Positions 47,557 to 60,489 of a DNA stretch of 64,000 bases are shown one piece after another. Each line of letters begins with the position of its first letter. Positions within the stretch are counted from its first letter, which is position 1. The stretch is from Neoechinorhynchus agilis (taxonomy: Eukaryota > Animalia > Acanthocephala). The notes under the pieces were generated by a model. That model was not told the DNA's origin, ran no database searches, and saw only the letters and a program-made list of their open reading frames with translations. The stretch lies in contig CM121341.1 in NCBI GenBank assembly GCA_051530055.1, positions 10,332,784-10,396,783 of the forward strand, written 5' to 3'. Position numbers and translations under genes: made by a program.

Positions 47557-49664
47557 AATTGTTTTTCACATTTAGGTTTTAAGCTCGAGTAAGCGGGATC
47601 GCCAAACCCGAAGTTCGATGCCAATTATCCGCCTGCGTTATACTACGTTTTTTCCATTATTTTAGCATTGATTTTTAACACGTGGGTCGCTGGACGTTTC
47701 AAGCCAAAATTCGCTATATTTCCTTTCATTGTGTTGGACACACAGCATAGGAGTCAATGAGTACGTCAATTTAAGAATATCAATCGCTGAAAAACATATA
47801 ACCATGAACAGCTTACGGAAGCTTGAGCAATTATGACCAAGAACATTCGAAGAGCGCGGATACTTTGTGAATAAATTAAAACACACCTTTTCCTCAAGGG
47901 AACTGAACTTGCTGAACAAGGGACCGGACAATATTATAAAGCATCAGATTTCATCTACTAATATCCGGTGTGATACAGAGCTTCTTATAAACTCACATCC
48001 AGATCTCATTAGTTCAATAGTCGCCTACGACAGGAAGGCTCGTAGTCGGAACGTTCGCAAAGATAATGACGAGATGGCAATGGCGAAGGTCCTGAAGTAA
48101 GTGCCATCAATGGTGATTTGCAAATCAGACAAAGGACGTGCTTTATAGCTGTGGACATGGAAGGTTATCAAAGTATGGCTTTTTATCTTCTTAACCCGGA
48201 CAAATTTGAGGGGTTGGCTGGATATCCCATGAGAAGCAGAGAAACTAAATTTAGCGGTTTTCTCAAGATCCTCAATTTTACAACATGACACGATCATCAT
48301 CGACTAAATGTGCGTTTCTCTATCTCCTCCCGAAGATTCACAAACCCATCCTGCAGTACCGTTCAATTATAGCCAGTTATATTTCTTTCAATCATCGCCT
48401 ATCCAAAATGATGAATGCTTTATTACGATTGATTTTAAGCATTTCCTCCTCGCACATCAAGGATGGACACACGTTTGCGAATGAGATCAGGAAAATTAAC
48501 ATTAAGCTCTACAGGATGTTTACGGCCGATGTGAACTCAATGTTCACCAATGTCCCTCTGATTAAAACGATCGATTAGCGGCTAATTTACTAGCTAAGAA
48601 TTGCAGTGGACCAAGTTTGGACCTCGCAACTTGTTATTCACTAATTCAATGGTGCACAAGGATGGCTGCCTTTGAATTTGAGGATCCTTTCATCGATCAA
48701 AAAGATGGTGTAGCCATGGGATCGCCATTAGCCCGACCTTCGCTGACATCTTCATGCGGGATTCGGAGACTACTTTCTCGGAGCTTCATAGTCATGTTAA
48801 TCGGTAGTGGCGTTATGTGGACGATGTATTTATTTTGACTGATTCATACAAAACAACGGAGATTCACTAAATGCTGAACTTAACAGTCACGATCCACACA
48901 TGCAATGGACAGTCAATGAAGCGAACATCAAGGGTGAGATCTCGTTCCTGGACGTCCTTTTCAATCGTTCTGCACAGGACAAAGTTAGCACTTCACTTTA
49001 TCGCAAGGAGAACCTACCATGCGGACCACCACACTGGTCAATTCAAAAACCGATGAGGCATAAAATCTCGGCTGTCACATCCAACTTCCGAAGAGCTTCT
49101 CTTATGTCATCTGCTCGATTTGCATGGAGTAGGGAAAGGATAGCACAGGAGCTGAAAATGAGCGGATATCCCAAATGGATTATAGACCGTGGAATCAGAG
49201 GCAGTAACTACCATGGGCATGACAACCAAAAATCGTCTGCCGAGCCTGTATGTTTCGAAAGAGTGCACTTCGTTGATGATGCCACAAATCAAATGATTTA
49301 TTCCGTTATGAGAAGGAGGGTTGGAGTTTGTCTATCTAATACTAAAGGAATCGCTCCGAGAAGCACATTCAAGAGGAAGGGTAAAATTGAGCCGATTCGT
49401 GGGATCTATAGAATGCAGTGTGAACATTGTGATAAAGTCTAAATAGGAGAAACGACACAGGACATCAAGAAGAGGGTCGCTCAACATAAGGAAGCCTGCA
49501 GTCGATTTGAGCATTCTTCGGCAATCTGCAATCACCAAGAGACATGTAAGCACCGAGGGGATTTTGGTGGGGCCAATTTTATAGAAAGCGAGTAAAACTT
49601 AAAAACACGTCTTGTTTTGGAGGCCGCGCACTCGAGCTTAAAACCTGAATGTGAAAATCATATT

Positions 49665-49713
49665 TTTAGGCAACTGATGAGGCGAAGTTACTTCACGAAA
49701 TATTTCGAATAAA
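49665..49713 (+). ncRNA. Type I hammerhead motif in the 3' pLTR (more degenerate)
   Basis: CTGATGA-GGCGAAGTTACTTCAC-GAAATATT, just downstream of the GIY-YIG region. Confidence 0.55.
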
Positions 49714-50174
49714 TCAAACGTGCTATTACGGGGAGTATTTTCACCGAGATTATAATTCGAACTTTTGTTACCAAAGAAATCTAACTATCTTTCTCCATCA
49801 TAAATACAAAATTTATCAAAAACTGTTTAGCGAAAACGTTCCCTGCGTAACAATTATAAAAGCCTTCTTAATAAAAATTGAATATAGGAAGCAGTAAAAA
49901 GTGGACATTAAGCATTAATACAAATGCTTCTAATTTTTGTTAGTCAGAATCTTTCATTTTCGGCGTTTCGCCCATTCAGAGCCCAGTGGTCAATCGTTTT
50001 TGGAATATTAGCGATTTTATGTTGCCTCTTTGTCGATGGAGTGCGGGAAACGTTCCCACACGTTAAAAAAAACTCGGACCCTATTCGATATTTTTTGCAT
50101 TTCAGTTTGTTTAGATAAAAATAACTCAAATGATTACATGAGCAAATTAGTTTGCTAACGCGAAATAAATTTAA

Positions 50175-50420
50175 TGTGGGCCCAGTGGCCGAGTGGTGTG
50201 CGCGTTCAAAATGCGCTCGATATGTCGCTGGTTCAAGTCCACTGGTCGCTGAGTACCACGGGGGTTTGGAGGCTGCTGAAAAGGTTGGGGGCCCCAGTAG
50301 AGAGTTGGATCATTCCTTCGAATGCGGCTGAGCACCTCCGTAGTGTGTTAGTTAGCTAAGAGGCTCACAAAAACATGTCATGAGACCCCGTATGTATGCG
50401 AATGAAATATATAAAATAAA
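50175..50420 (+). mobile_element. tRNA-derived SINE, family A, copy 2
   Basis: A box TGGCCGAGTGG, B box GGTTCAAGTCC, A-rich tail; TSD AAATAAATTTAA at 50163-50174 and 50421-50432; empty site at about 42289. Confidence 0.92.
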
Positions 50421-50517
50421 AAATAAATTTAACAAATCATCACCAATACGTCGATTCAAGCCAATCTTTTAAGTTTACAAAGAGGATTATATTCGCTTTG
50501 TAAAAAATCTAGCGGGG

Positions 50518-50890
50518 AAATGAAAATGATTTTATTTTAAACTCCGATATTTCGAGAAATCGTGTGCTCTTGTCATGGTCTAAACTCACATTGTGAGCCT
50601 AAAGTCTGCCTATGTTTCAAGCCTACCGGGTGTGAAATTCTGGCAGAGATACGCTGATGACACTTTTATCTTAATCAACAAGTCCATAGAGACGGAAACG
50701 TTTTCTCACATGCTGAATTTCAAGCACAACAACATCCATCATAATGTGATCGCTTTTTTGGAAGTTTCGATAACGCGGATCTTAGGACAGTGAATATTGA
50801 TCCATCCCCACGTCAATTTTTTAGACCTTGATAAGCACGTACAAGATTGTACCGAAATATCGGAATTTGAAATAAAATCATTTTAATTTC
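50518..50890 (+). mobile_element. Short PLE RT fragment between about 40-bp inverted repeats
   Basis: FWQRYADDTFILI..LNFKHNNI; GAAATGAAAATGATTTTTATTTTAAACTCCGATATTTCG is mirrored at about 50853-50890. Confidence 0.65.
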
Positions 50891-50999
50891 TACGTCAAAA
50901 AAAACTAATGTCTGCAGTTCAATCTTCTTATAAAAATCTCTCATAAAAGGGCGCCGTCTCCACCACCATCGACACCGATGCCGTCCTCTCGCTTCGCTC

Positions 51000-53900
51000 G
51001 AAACCTGGATGCTAGACAACAATATGAAGACGGAAACTTGCCCGCCAAAAATGAGCCAAATGAAAAGACCGAGGAAACGCCCAACGCAGACACTTTGAAT
51101 GCGCCACTTAACGATCGCGCTCAACCTGAGTAGACGAACGCTGCCGGGCTCCCACGCGTCTCTCCTGGTGTGTGTTCGGTTTGCGGTAAGTCTTTTAAAT
51201 TAAATAATTTGGGGGGTTTGTTTGTCCGTGGTCTCCAGGATGTCCGCGATAGCGGGTCTGATTCTCCACCACAATCAATCGATCTGTTTATGCCTGGGAC
51301 CTCTCGGATCACCACTGACTCTATTTCGATACCCGATATCGCGCGCGTTCTACCCAGGAACGTCCTGAAACAGATCCCAAGGGGCGCACGATATCAGGTC
51401 GCGAAAGCATTTACGGGATTGCTCAACGATTGCCTCCAAAATAATTGAGCTCCATCATGGACACGGCTCTTCGCATTCCAGCGCTTAGTCCTTTGCACCA
51501 GTGATGATTCTGGGGTGTCTTTGACATCAACAATCAAGGGAAGGGTGGAATTCTTCGATCAGATATTTAACGATTTCGAAATGAAATTTCGCGAGGTTCG
51601 TAAGGGACGCACGAAGGAAGGGTTTCGTTGCCGTTTTTCAAAGCGATCCCTGACTGAACGTGTCTCTTCGAAGCTTGCGGACGGAGATGTTCAGGGGCTG
51701 TTCGGTTATTGTCATCCTCCAACAGTTTTGCACAAGGATACAACGCGACAGTACAAATACTCCGGTTGAAGCACCCATGTAGTAGCGGAAGTTTTGAAAT
51801 TCCATCTCCTCCCATAATTTCAGAGTTGGCAGTTTTGTAATTCCACCTCCTCCCATACAAAACAGGACACCCACTTAAATGTTAGAGTTACAAAAGGCCA
51901 TCTAATCTTTTGCAAATGGCTCGGGTCATGGGCTTGACGGGCTAAGGTCTCAGCACCTAAAGGAAATGATGTCCTTTACAGCTGGTGAAGCAGCTCTCTC
52001 ATGAAAGTGCGCTTTCTCGGTTAGTCGACCGCCTGATTGGAGAGGTCCTGAATCCCGTTGCAGAAGACCTATTTTTCGGAGCATCATTATGTGCCCTCAC
52101 AAAAAAAGAAGGTGGGATTCGTCCCATCGCCGTATCTTCGGCGATACGCCGACTTGCAGGAAAAATTCTCTGCAAACGTATTACAGAGAAAAACGGGCAG
52201 CAACTTCGCCTAGTCGAACTGGGCTGCTGCACATCCCGCGGGCGGAAGCTATTGCCCACACGCTCCGAAACTTTACTACGAGGAGTTCAAAGCCGTGGGT
52301 GATTCTTAAGTGTGATTTTCTGAACACCTTTAACTCTCTCAATAGAGAAATCATGTTCTGAGCTATTAGGGATCACGCGCCAGAAGCTTTCCAGTATTTT
52401 CTCAATGCCTACGAGACCGCGGCTCCTTTGATTTTCGAAGACCACCTCATTTGGTCCGAAAGAGGAGTGCAGCAAGGGGATCCTCTCGCTCCAATCGCGT
52501 TCTCGCTAACAGTAAATCCAATAGCGCACTCTCTCCAATCCAGCTTTAACGCTTGGTACTTAGATGACGCTACGCTCGAAGGCGATCCCGCCGTTGTACT
52601 GCGCGATTTGGAGACGCTGATTATGGAGACTGCGAGATTGGGCATTGAGCTCAATGCTGGAAAGTGTGAGCTCCAAGTATTAAATATCGAAGACGCTGCC
52701 AAAGTCAAGGTGCTAATTGATGAGTTCGAAGCCGTAGCTCCAGGTCTGTAACTCGTGACTCCAGAGCGACTCAGTCTCCTGGGTAGTTGCGTCTTTGATT
52801 CAAATGTGGAAACTGAGATTGGCGGTATCATACCGAAACTTTCGTTGCTGTGCGATAAAAGGAGCGCTCTCTCGGCTCACGAAGCGTTAGTTCTGATAAA
52901 GAACGCACTCTATCCCCAAATTACATTCTTCAAACATAAGAAAGGGTTGGCTAAGCTCGACGACAAGGTGAGGGCTAGTCTCGAGCGTATTTTAAATGTC
53001 CAGCTCTCAGATGAGGCGTGGCGACAAGCTTCATTGCCTGTGTATTCTGGGGATTGGGAATTCGGGCGCTAGTAGAACTTGCCTTGCCAGCCTTTCTTGG
53101 ATCGTACGAGTGGAGTCAACCCATAGTGAAGAAAATTCTGAAGGAAAAGTTTTTCTTGACCAAGACTGTGGTGGCAGTTAAAGAATGGTGCCAGCAGACA
53201 GGCGTTTACCATGTTCCCGTGAATGGTCTCAGACAGTCGATTTGGGACAGACCTCTCGTCGCGAGAGCTCACAGCTCTCCACTTTCAGGTTCTCGTGATG
53301 GGGTCGTCCGAGCTAGATTGTTGGCAGTTTCGACACGAGAATCGGGGGCGTGGTTGGAGGCTGTTCCTATGGCATCTGTGAGAACTCTTCTCACTGATGA
53401 GGTAACGAGGATCGCAGTGTCCTTAAGACTTGGTCTCCCGATATGCACACCCATTCGCTGTCGACGTCTATGCTTGAAGCTTTCGGGCCACACGGTCTAG
53501 TTTGCCGAAAGTAAGGAGGAAGGTTCTCACGCCATTCTGAGATCAACAGCGTAATTTCTCGGGCGTTGAAAACGGCGAAATTCCCCAACATCTTGGAACC
53601 CGTCCATCTTTGTAGACCTGACGTAATTTCGGTCTTTCCGTGGCGGCAGGGCAAACGCCTTCTCTGGGAAGCCACGTGTGTGGACACCCTCGCAGTAGCA
53701 ACATTCCGTACTCTCTCGAAATCGCTGGAGGTGCAGCCAGTGAAGCGAAAGGAAAGGAGGTACGATAGAGATGGCCTATTATTTTGCCCCTTTCGGAGTA
53801 GAGACGTATGCGGCGCTTGGCAACTCGGCACTCACTCTGCTCCAGGATCTCTCGAAGAAATTGAGAGAAACGACCGGCGACGCACGAGCAGTGTATTCCT

Positions 53901-54030
53901 GCGACAAAATATCTCGCTTGCAGTACAACGAGGCAATGCTGCTAGCGTGATAGCGACAGCCGAGGAAGGAGAAAAGCTAAGATTTTGCGGACGGTGGTGA
54001 TTGCACGCTTTGTACTTTATTATGTTATGA
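51000..54030 (+). mobile_element. Near full-length but inactivated CRE-type non-LTR retrotransposon (RT plus RLE)
   Basis: N-terminal CSVC; GGIRPIAV..RRL; GVQQGDPL; AWYLDD; ESGAWLEAVP; RPD..PWRQGKRLLWEATCVDT; QRGNAASV; many frameshifts. Confidence 0.85.
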
Positions 54031-54399
54031 TAAAAAGAGTTATTTCCTTTTAGCACAAATTGAACAATATTTCGAGATAGCAACTGAGTTAGAAAGTTCA
54101 GATGGCATCGGGTCAATTTAAAGATTTTCTAGGACGATTTAAATTTTTGAAATTATCAGAATTGTTTTTGAAGATGGTCTATTACAATGTTTTTAATCAA
54201 TTTTTAATATACCTTTTGTTGAGAAGTTAGAGGAGATATTAATCAATACTTTTATGCGGATAACATGCCCACATGCGACCGATCGTTCCATATATATTTT
54301 TAGAGTCCAGTCGCTCCAATCCTATCTGGCCACTCTTTGAGTCACATTTGCATTAGTTCCGTATTTAACTGCGATTCGTTACGGCAAACGTGATTCTAT

Positions 54400-55773
54400 T
54401 TATCCCTCATTGTAATATTCGTCAGTAGTAGCCATTTCTGATTCCAATTCTTCGATATCTTGGTCATCTTCTTCGACATCATCATATCCAACACGTTCAT
54501 ATTGTTGATATTCAGTAATAAGGTCGCAGATTCCGGCTTCAGCCTCACCGAATTCCGCAATATCCATTCCTTCATTCATGTACCAATGTATAAAAGCCTT
54601 TCTTCGATACATCGTTCTGTAGGCTTCACCAACGCGATCCCAGAGGGCAATGATTGCTGTCGTGTTTCCAAGAAAAGTGGCCGATTTGTCCATTCCTCTA
54701 GGAGCAATGTCACACACCGCCGTCTTAAGATTATTTGGAACCCATTCAATGAAATACGCACTGTTTTTGCTCTGGATATTCATTACCTGTTCATCGACTT
54801 CTCGAGTAGACATTCGACCTCTAAGAATACAGGCAGCGGTTAGATATTTGCCATTACGGGGATCACAAGCTGCCATCATATTTCGAGGGTCGAAACATTG
54901 CCTTATAAGTTCTGGAACGGTCGTTCTGGCATACGGTTGATTTCCACGACTCTGCAATGGCGCAAATCCAGGAATAAAAAAGTGTAGATTAGGAAACGGG
55001 ATCATATTAGTGGCTAATTTGCGTAGATCTGCATTCAATTGTCCTGGAAATCTAAGACAGGTCGTTGCACCGGCCAGTGACATTGATGCCAAGTGATTAA
55101 GATCACCGAAAGTAGGTCTCGGCAGTTTTAAAAGACTATTAGAAATACGATAAAGAGCTTCATTATCCACACAAAACGTTATATCGCAGCTTTTGATCAA
55201 TTCGTTTATGGACAGAACAGCGTTGTATGGCTCAGTGACTGTATCCGATACGAATTTCGAAGGCACAACGGACATGGTAAGTGTAATACGATCTGGAAAC
55301 TCATCCTTCATTCTGGATAATACTAAAGAGCCGGTCCCAGATCCGCATCCACCTCCTAGTGAATGAATCATTTGAAATCCCTGCATACAATCACACGTTT
55401 CTGCTTCACGTCTCGCCAAATCCATGATCGAATCAATCAATTCAGATCCATATGTATGATAACCTTTAGCCCAATTGTTTCCCGCTCCAGTATGCCCGAA
55501 GATATAATTATCCGGTCGATAGAGAAGTCCGTACTTACTCGACCTAACAGAATCAAGTGTACTAGACTCGAGATCCACCAGAATACTACGAGGAACGTAT
55601 CGACCACATTGTGCTTCGTCGAAATATACGTTCACTCGTTGTAGTTGAAGAGACGAATCTCCGTGATAAATACCTTCTAATCCAATTCCATGCTCATCTG
55701 ATACCACTTCCCAAAACTTTGTTCCCATTTGGTTTCCACATTGACCAAGTTGTATATGAACTATTTCTCTCAT
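54400..55773 (-). CDS. TUBB: Divergent beta-tubulin (457 aa, intronless)
   Basis: MREIVHIQ start, [30 protein letters not shown], acidic tail. The ORF-track start at 55812 is a TTG upstream of the true ATG. Confidence 0.97.
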   Translation of the reverse strand: MREIVHIQLGQCGNQMGTKFWEVVSDEHGIGLEGIYHGDSSLQLQRVNVYFDEAQCGRYVPRSILVDLESSTLDSVRSSKYGLLYRPDNYIFGHTGAGNNWAKGYHTYGSELIDSIMDLARREAETCDCMQGFQMIHSLGGGCGSGTGSLVLSRMKDEFPDRITLTMSVVPSKFVSDTVTEPYNAVLSINELIKSCDITFCVDNEALYRISNSLLKLPRPTFGDLNHLASMSLAGATTCLRFPGQLNADLRKLATNMIPFPNLHFFIPGFAPLQSRGNQPYARTTVPELIRQCFDPRNMMAACDPRNGKYLTAACILRGRMSTREVDEQVMNIQSKNSAYFIEWVPNNLKTAVCDIAPRGMDKSATFLGNTTAIIALWDRVGEAYRTMYRRKAFIHWYMNEGMDIAEFGEAEAGICDLITEYQQYERVGYDDVEEDDQDIEELESEMATTDEYYNEG

Positions 55774-56139
55774 TTGTAAGCGTAGAAAAAGATAACATAT
55801 TGCAAAGATCAATCGAGTTTTAGGTGAATTTTTGCGACAGTTTAAGTGTTACCATGGAAACGCGGCTACTGTTATCAAAGGACGCTAGCCAATCATTGAG
55901 ACTAAATTTACAGAAAAATTGAAATGATAAGATTTTAAAATAAAATCATTTTAATTTCTTCGCCATAAAACAACCAATATGTAAAACACACAATTTAAAC
56001 TTTGACATAATGAAATCGTTCAAGTTAAAAGTATTTTCATTCTTTGGTATTTAATCGTGAACTAATCATCATTTTGCAACGTGTCACGGAGAGTGGTCGT
56101 ATTATATTTTTAGATCTCAGCAACATTCTAGCAGAGGTT

Positions 56140-56484
56140 CATTTCCCACCTTTCTCTTAGGAACGATTCAGCAGAGGTTCATTTCCTTTTTTTGAAGGAT
56201 CATTTCCCAACGTTCTCTGTGATTTTCTTACTTTTTCTACATGAACTCATAATCTCAAATGGAAACAAAGTATTCTCTTAGCCAAATATTCTCAACTCGC
56301 GTTTTTATTAGCGATTCAGCGGAGGTTCATTTCCTGTTTTGGAGGATCCTTTCCCAACTTTCTCTGAAATTTTCTCATCTTTTTTTCATGTGAACTTCAG
56401 AACTCAAATGGAAACAACGTATTCTCTTAGCCAAATATTCTTAACTCGCGTTTTTATTAACGATTCAGCGGTGGTTCATTTTTC
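56140..56484. repeat. About 149-bp tandem repeat, about 2.3 units
   Basis: CGATTCAGC.GAGGTTCATTT recurs near 56164, 56312 and 56461. Confidence 0.8.
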
Positions 56485-57529
56485 AAACAGATATTTGGGC
56501 AAGAAAATGTTCCCTTTCTATTTGAGGTTAGAGAATCTCAGAGAAAATAGGTTGAAAGAGTCACCAACGCTTACAGTTTTCTATAGTATCACATATCCCG
56601 ATTTCGATCACGTTACAGCAAATCCATCTAGTTCCAACGTGCCAGCTTTCTTAACCTGCGATAATCCAGCGAACGAATCCAGCCGTAGTCATGCCGAGGT
56701 CGCAAAAACGTGCTATCGTCACATTTGAATCCATTATGCAACCGGTCAAAAAAATCATCTGTGTGGATAATGAGAGAAATCAAGACGGATTCTTAAATCG
56801 AATTCGAATCATTCAAGAGGCATTTAGAAAACACGACGTCCATGAGGAAGAGCGACTTGCTAGTGAAATAGCACGAACAGCTGCAAAAATAACTCCCAAG
56901 TTACTTTCCGGGCTCTCAAGGGCGATTGAGAACTGTCAAAAGGAGCATTTGGAGAATATACGTGTTATTATCAATTCTAAATCTAAGAAATAAATACGTC
57001 TTAACTTTCTCTGGGGTCTTGCAAGCAAAGTTCACTTGGCGGTTTAAACGGCAATTATCCACTAAATCATATAATATTATGGAAAGCCTCTTTTCCCAAC
57101 ACCCTCATGTTTATTCCAGATTTATTATCGAACGGAAAATGGGTGTTTTATTTGTTTATTGCTTCAAATTTTCGACGCCTTGCGTCTTCGTCAGGAAGCT
57201 TTTCTTCGGTTGTTTGAAAAGGAATCAGAGGAGGGCAACGCTGTCCGTTAGCTCATCCCTCTTATTGAGCAAGGGGGACGCCATTTACGGTCATTTTCGT
57301 TTAAAATACTTGTCTTTAATGAGAACATTTAAAGCCGACGATCTTTAAATATACCTGATGTGCAACTGCTAAAAATTACAGAAAAGTACACATTAATTTA
57401 CACTAAACAAATAATTGAGCCTGGATGCTGGACCATGATATGGAGATGGAAATTTACCCCCCGAAAAACTCGAACCAAGTGAAAAGAACAACATCAATTG
57501 TTGTATCCTTGGCTTGGTCAGCCAAGGAT

Positions 57530-57660
57530 ACAACACGCCCAAGCTTCTCTACAGGATTTTGTGAGGTTTGTGATGGGGTTTTCTCCTTGACGAAAACAGG
57601 AGTTCTTATTGTCGATGGATCCCGTAATTCACGCTGTGGCGGTTCCGGTTCATCCCCCTA
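57530..57660 (+). mobile_element. CRE-type N-terminal zinc-finger fragment
   Basis: GFCEVCDGVFSLTKTGVLIVDGSRNSRCGGSGSSP resembles CSVCGKSFKLNNLGGLFVRG..SGSDSPP at 51170. Confidence 0.5.
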
Positions 57661-57959
57661 AGTCCATTGATAATACTCATCAAGCGTCTATAACGACATC
57701 ATCAGCACAAAATTAAATTCCATTTGTAGGGGTTCTAAAACGCCGCATCCGTCCATTATTCCAGTAGGGCATCTGAGCGATCCCGAGCGGTGGCGTGGAT
57801 GTTTTTCGAACTCTTTTTGTCAAGAAAAAATTAAAGTTTTTAAAGACATTAAAGTCTCTCAATATCTATAGCGACGCTTCCGGAACTTTTCCGTAACCTT
57901 TACGGTCTAGCTTCGTTTTCATGATAAACGTCTTTGGTAGATCAAGTCAGATTTCGATC

Positions 57960-58140
57960 CCTGACGATTATGAAACCGGATTTACAATCGATGATAGATT
58001 TTTTACAAATCATTTAGGTCATGCATGTGTCGTGTGCAGCCGAGTTTCTGATAGATATTGTAAACGATGCCAAATATTTTTCTATTGGTTAGAAACTGCA
58101 TTTCTAAAGCCTGTAAATCTAACACTTACACGAATTTAGT
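57960..58140 (+). mobile_element. Possible Helitron relic
   Basis: RFFTNHLGHACVVCSR resembles, from memory, the FxxNPFGHxCxVCDR motif N-terminal to some Helitron Rep proteins; nothing else is recognisable. Confidence 0.3.
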
Positions 58141-58715
58141 GGTAATGAACATCAGAAAAATGATTGGAAAATTGAACATAAGGATGTTTGTGGGAGATAC
58201 CTAAGAAATCTTCCTTTAGATGAAAAACTGCGAATTAAAAAAGCGAAGGGAAAATTGTACGCAGGATTTCAGTCACTGCCGATTCAATTAGTAAGTATAA
58301 TTTCATTTAACTGCCATAAGGCTCTCCAATTTGAGCAATTCTCTATCGATTAGCTCGTGGTGATCTTTTTCGATTCTGGCAAGGTCACAAAATTATTGGA
58401 AATTTACGAATCAATGATCTTTCTTAACAGAGCACCTTTTTATTGACATTAATAGAATTCGATTGGAAGATTAAAAACCCGAAATCTGAATTTTAATGCG
58501 CTCGCACTGTGGATGTTCGATTTGGTCCCGATCGCATAAATAACGCTCGAACTTTTCCGAACATTCTTAAAGGTTAAAACGCTTAGTTAATAATAATTAA
58601 TATTGAGCCTTAACGCGAATAACTCGCTTTTAAATTATTCAACACGAGGCGCTTTAAAGATGACATTCATTCAATACTGACTGGCAATTTTTAGCAAAAA
58701 AGTTATGAGTTAATT

Positions 58716-60035
58716 GTGGACAAAATGGAATTAAACGTTCTTCAAGCCAATGAAGATAATGTTCGGTTTCTTGTAAGCATCATTAAGTTTCTAAACAGAT
58801 ACCTCTGGTACACCCATCAAACTTTTGAATTCCGAATGGAAATGTCTTTGTGCAGAATTTTGCTAGGTAAAGAGGCTTCTTCGACAGCCATCTCTTACTT
58901 TGCCGTACAAAAAAAGGCGAAAACGAATTTGATTCTTGTGATCGAAAACTAAAATCAATGCAATTTAAATTTGAAGATGGAAACAAGAAAAACTGTCGGA
59001 TTCAAACTTTAGTCGCCATGCATCATCTATACACTAATGCTCATCAAGAAGCTATGAATGTTGTGAAAATCCTGGTGAGCGAAAATGTTTTGGGTTTTTT
59101 TAGATATGGGAGTTTTTTCATTTTTTATGAAAAAGATTAAATTAATTCTCTAAGAAATGGCCACCTTTTCGTTACTTACGGTCACAGATCGTTTATGATA
59201 AATATCTAAAACCATTGTCCTTCTCTGATATTTTCCGTGAATAAGCGTAAACTATAGGGTTTTTTCAATAAACAAGAAATCACATTTTGTAAATAATTAT
59301 AAACATTTTGATACCTTCAACCGACGGGCAAAAATTCTGTTCGTTTGTTTTAAGTAAGCCTAAGAAATACATTCGCGCTCTTTAAGCAATTTTTATTTTA
59401 CGTTATCGATATAGGATAAGGAGCTATCGATAAAATTTCCTTCTGATCACTACAGAATGGGAATCGTGTATTTACTGAAGGGGCAAATATTGGAAAATAA
59501 GAACAGATCTTCAGATGCCATGGAATATTTCGCACGGGTAACGTTTACCAACCTCTCGTTTTGCAACTATCGAATAAGTGAATCGATATCGTAGGCTGTC
59601 GCAGTGTGGCGAAATTACTTGTTCGAAATATTTGAGAAGGTAGAAGACGTTATTGTAAATTATTATGGTTATATTGACGACAAAGAATTAAATCTTATGC
59701 TCGACAGAGTGGATACTCAAAACAAATTGGTTTTGGGTAAGTTTTACCAACAAAACTAGTTCTTTTTCTCAGTAGTTTAATTTCAAAACATAAATGTAGT
59801 AATGAGCGATAGATGCGACGCGATGACAATCTACAAATATTTACGAGATAAAGACCAGAGTGAAAACCTTGTTATTTTTGCAGCACTTCTAAGTTTTCTG
59901 TTCCGTGGATGCTCCATACCGGAAACGGCGATTGGTACAAAATCATTGTTATTGGAAAGGATAGAACAACTGAAAACTCAAATCGAACAGAAATTGCCGG
60001 ATTTTGAGATTCTTAAACTTAAGCTAAATACATAA
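58716..60035 (+). CDS. Tentative multi-exon TPR-like gene (weak CDC16/APC6 N-terminal resemblance)
   Basis: Frame-compatible exons ..HQEAMNVVKIL (to 59074) / 59155-59180 (weak donor) / 59456-59537 MGIVYLLKGQILENKNRSSDAMEYFAR / 59595-59736 AVAVWRNYLFEIFE.. / 59800-60035, with GT..AG introns. 5' exons are uncertain. Confidence 0.45.
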
Positions 60036-60489
60036 ATATAAAAAAATTAAATTTGTAGCATGACCAAAGATTAGAAGAGCGAAACACATCAAGTGCGGAT
60101 TATTGGAAGAGCAAAAATTTACTTGAAACAATGGCATTGCAAGTCAGCGGAAACAAGATCCATTTTCGCACTGTATCTATGTAACCATATAAAAAACGAG
60201 CAAGACGGAGTCGGTGATGCATTTTCTGACTGGCGTTATTGCTAACTGTCTCCACATCTCGCAGAAGACTAGACAACTTACGGAAAATGAACGTGCCTCA
60301 TAAACACGCATTTCTTCAAGAATATAAAACTCACACACCTTCTTTGTGAAACACGGAGTTTCCTTCGAACTTAGTCTCTAGTTTTCCTTACTCGTATGAA
60401 TACAACGGTACGCTTTGTGCTTTTTGGGCGTTATTTGTCGGCGAGGGGAGGGGACTTTAATCCATTTGATGAACCATAAACATTGCAAG

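Larger units (their letters stand above)
47435..49756 (+). mobile_element. Penelope-like element (RT plus GIY-YIG) with inverted pLTRs
   Basis: LYLLPKIHKP, ADVNSMFTNVP, GVAMGSPL, RYVDD, GIYRMQCEHC..V*IGET; about 130-bp inverted repeats at 47461-47590 and 49630-49760; TSD TCGAACTTTT at 47425-47434 and 49757-49766; empty site at about 41883. Confidence 0.92.

Noticed and set aside
50290-50380. HDV-like ribozyme in SINE family A (CAC-CTCCGTA-GTG..GCTAAG)
   Set aside because: L3 does not match the HDV consensus, P1 and P2 cannot be formed, and P3 is broken in the second copy.
56339-56993. Two overlapping ORFs as a possible gene
   Set aside because: The first overlaps a tandem repeat; the second has no recognisable domain or supported splice structure.
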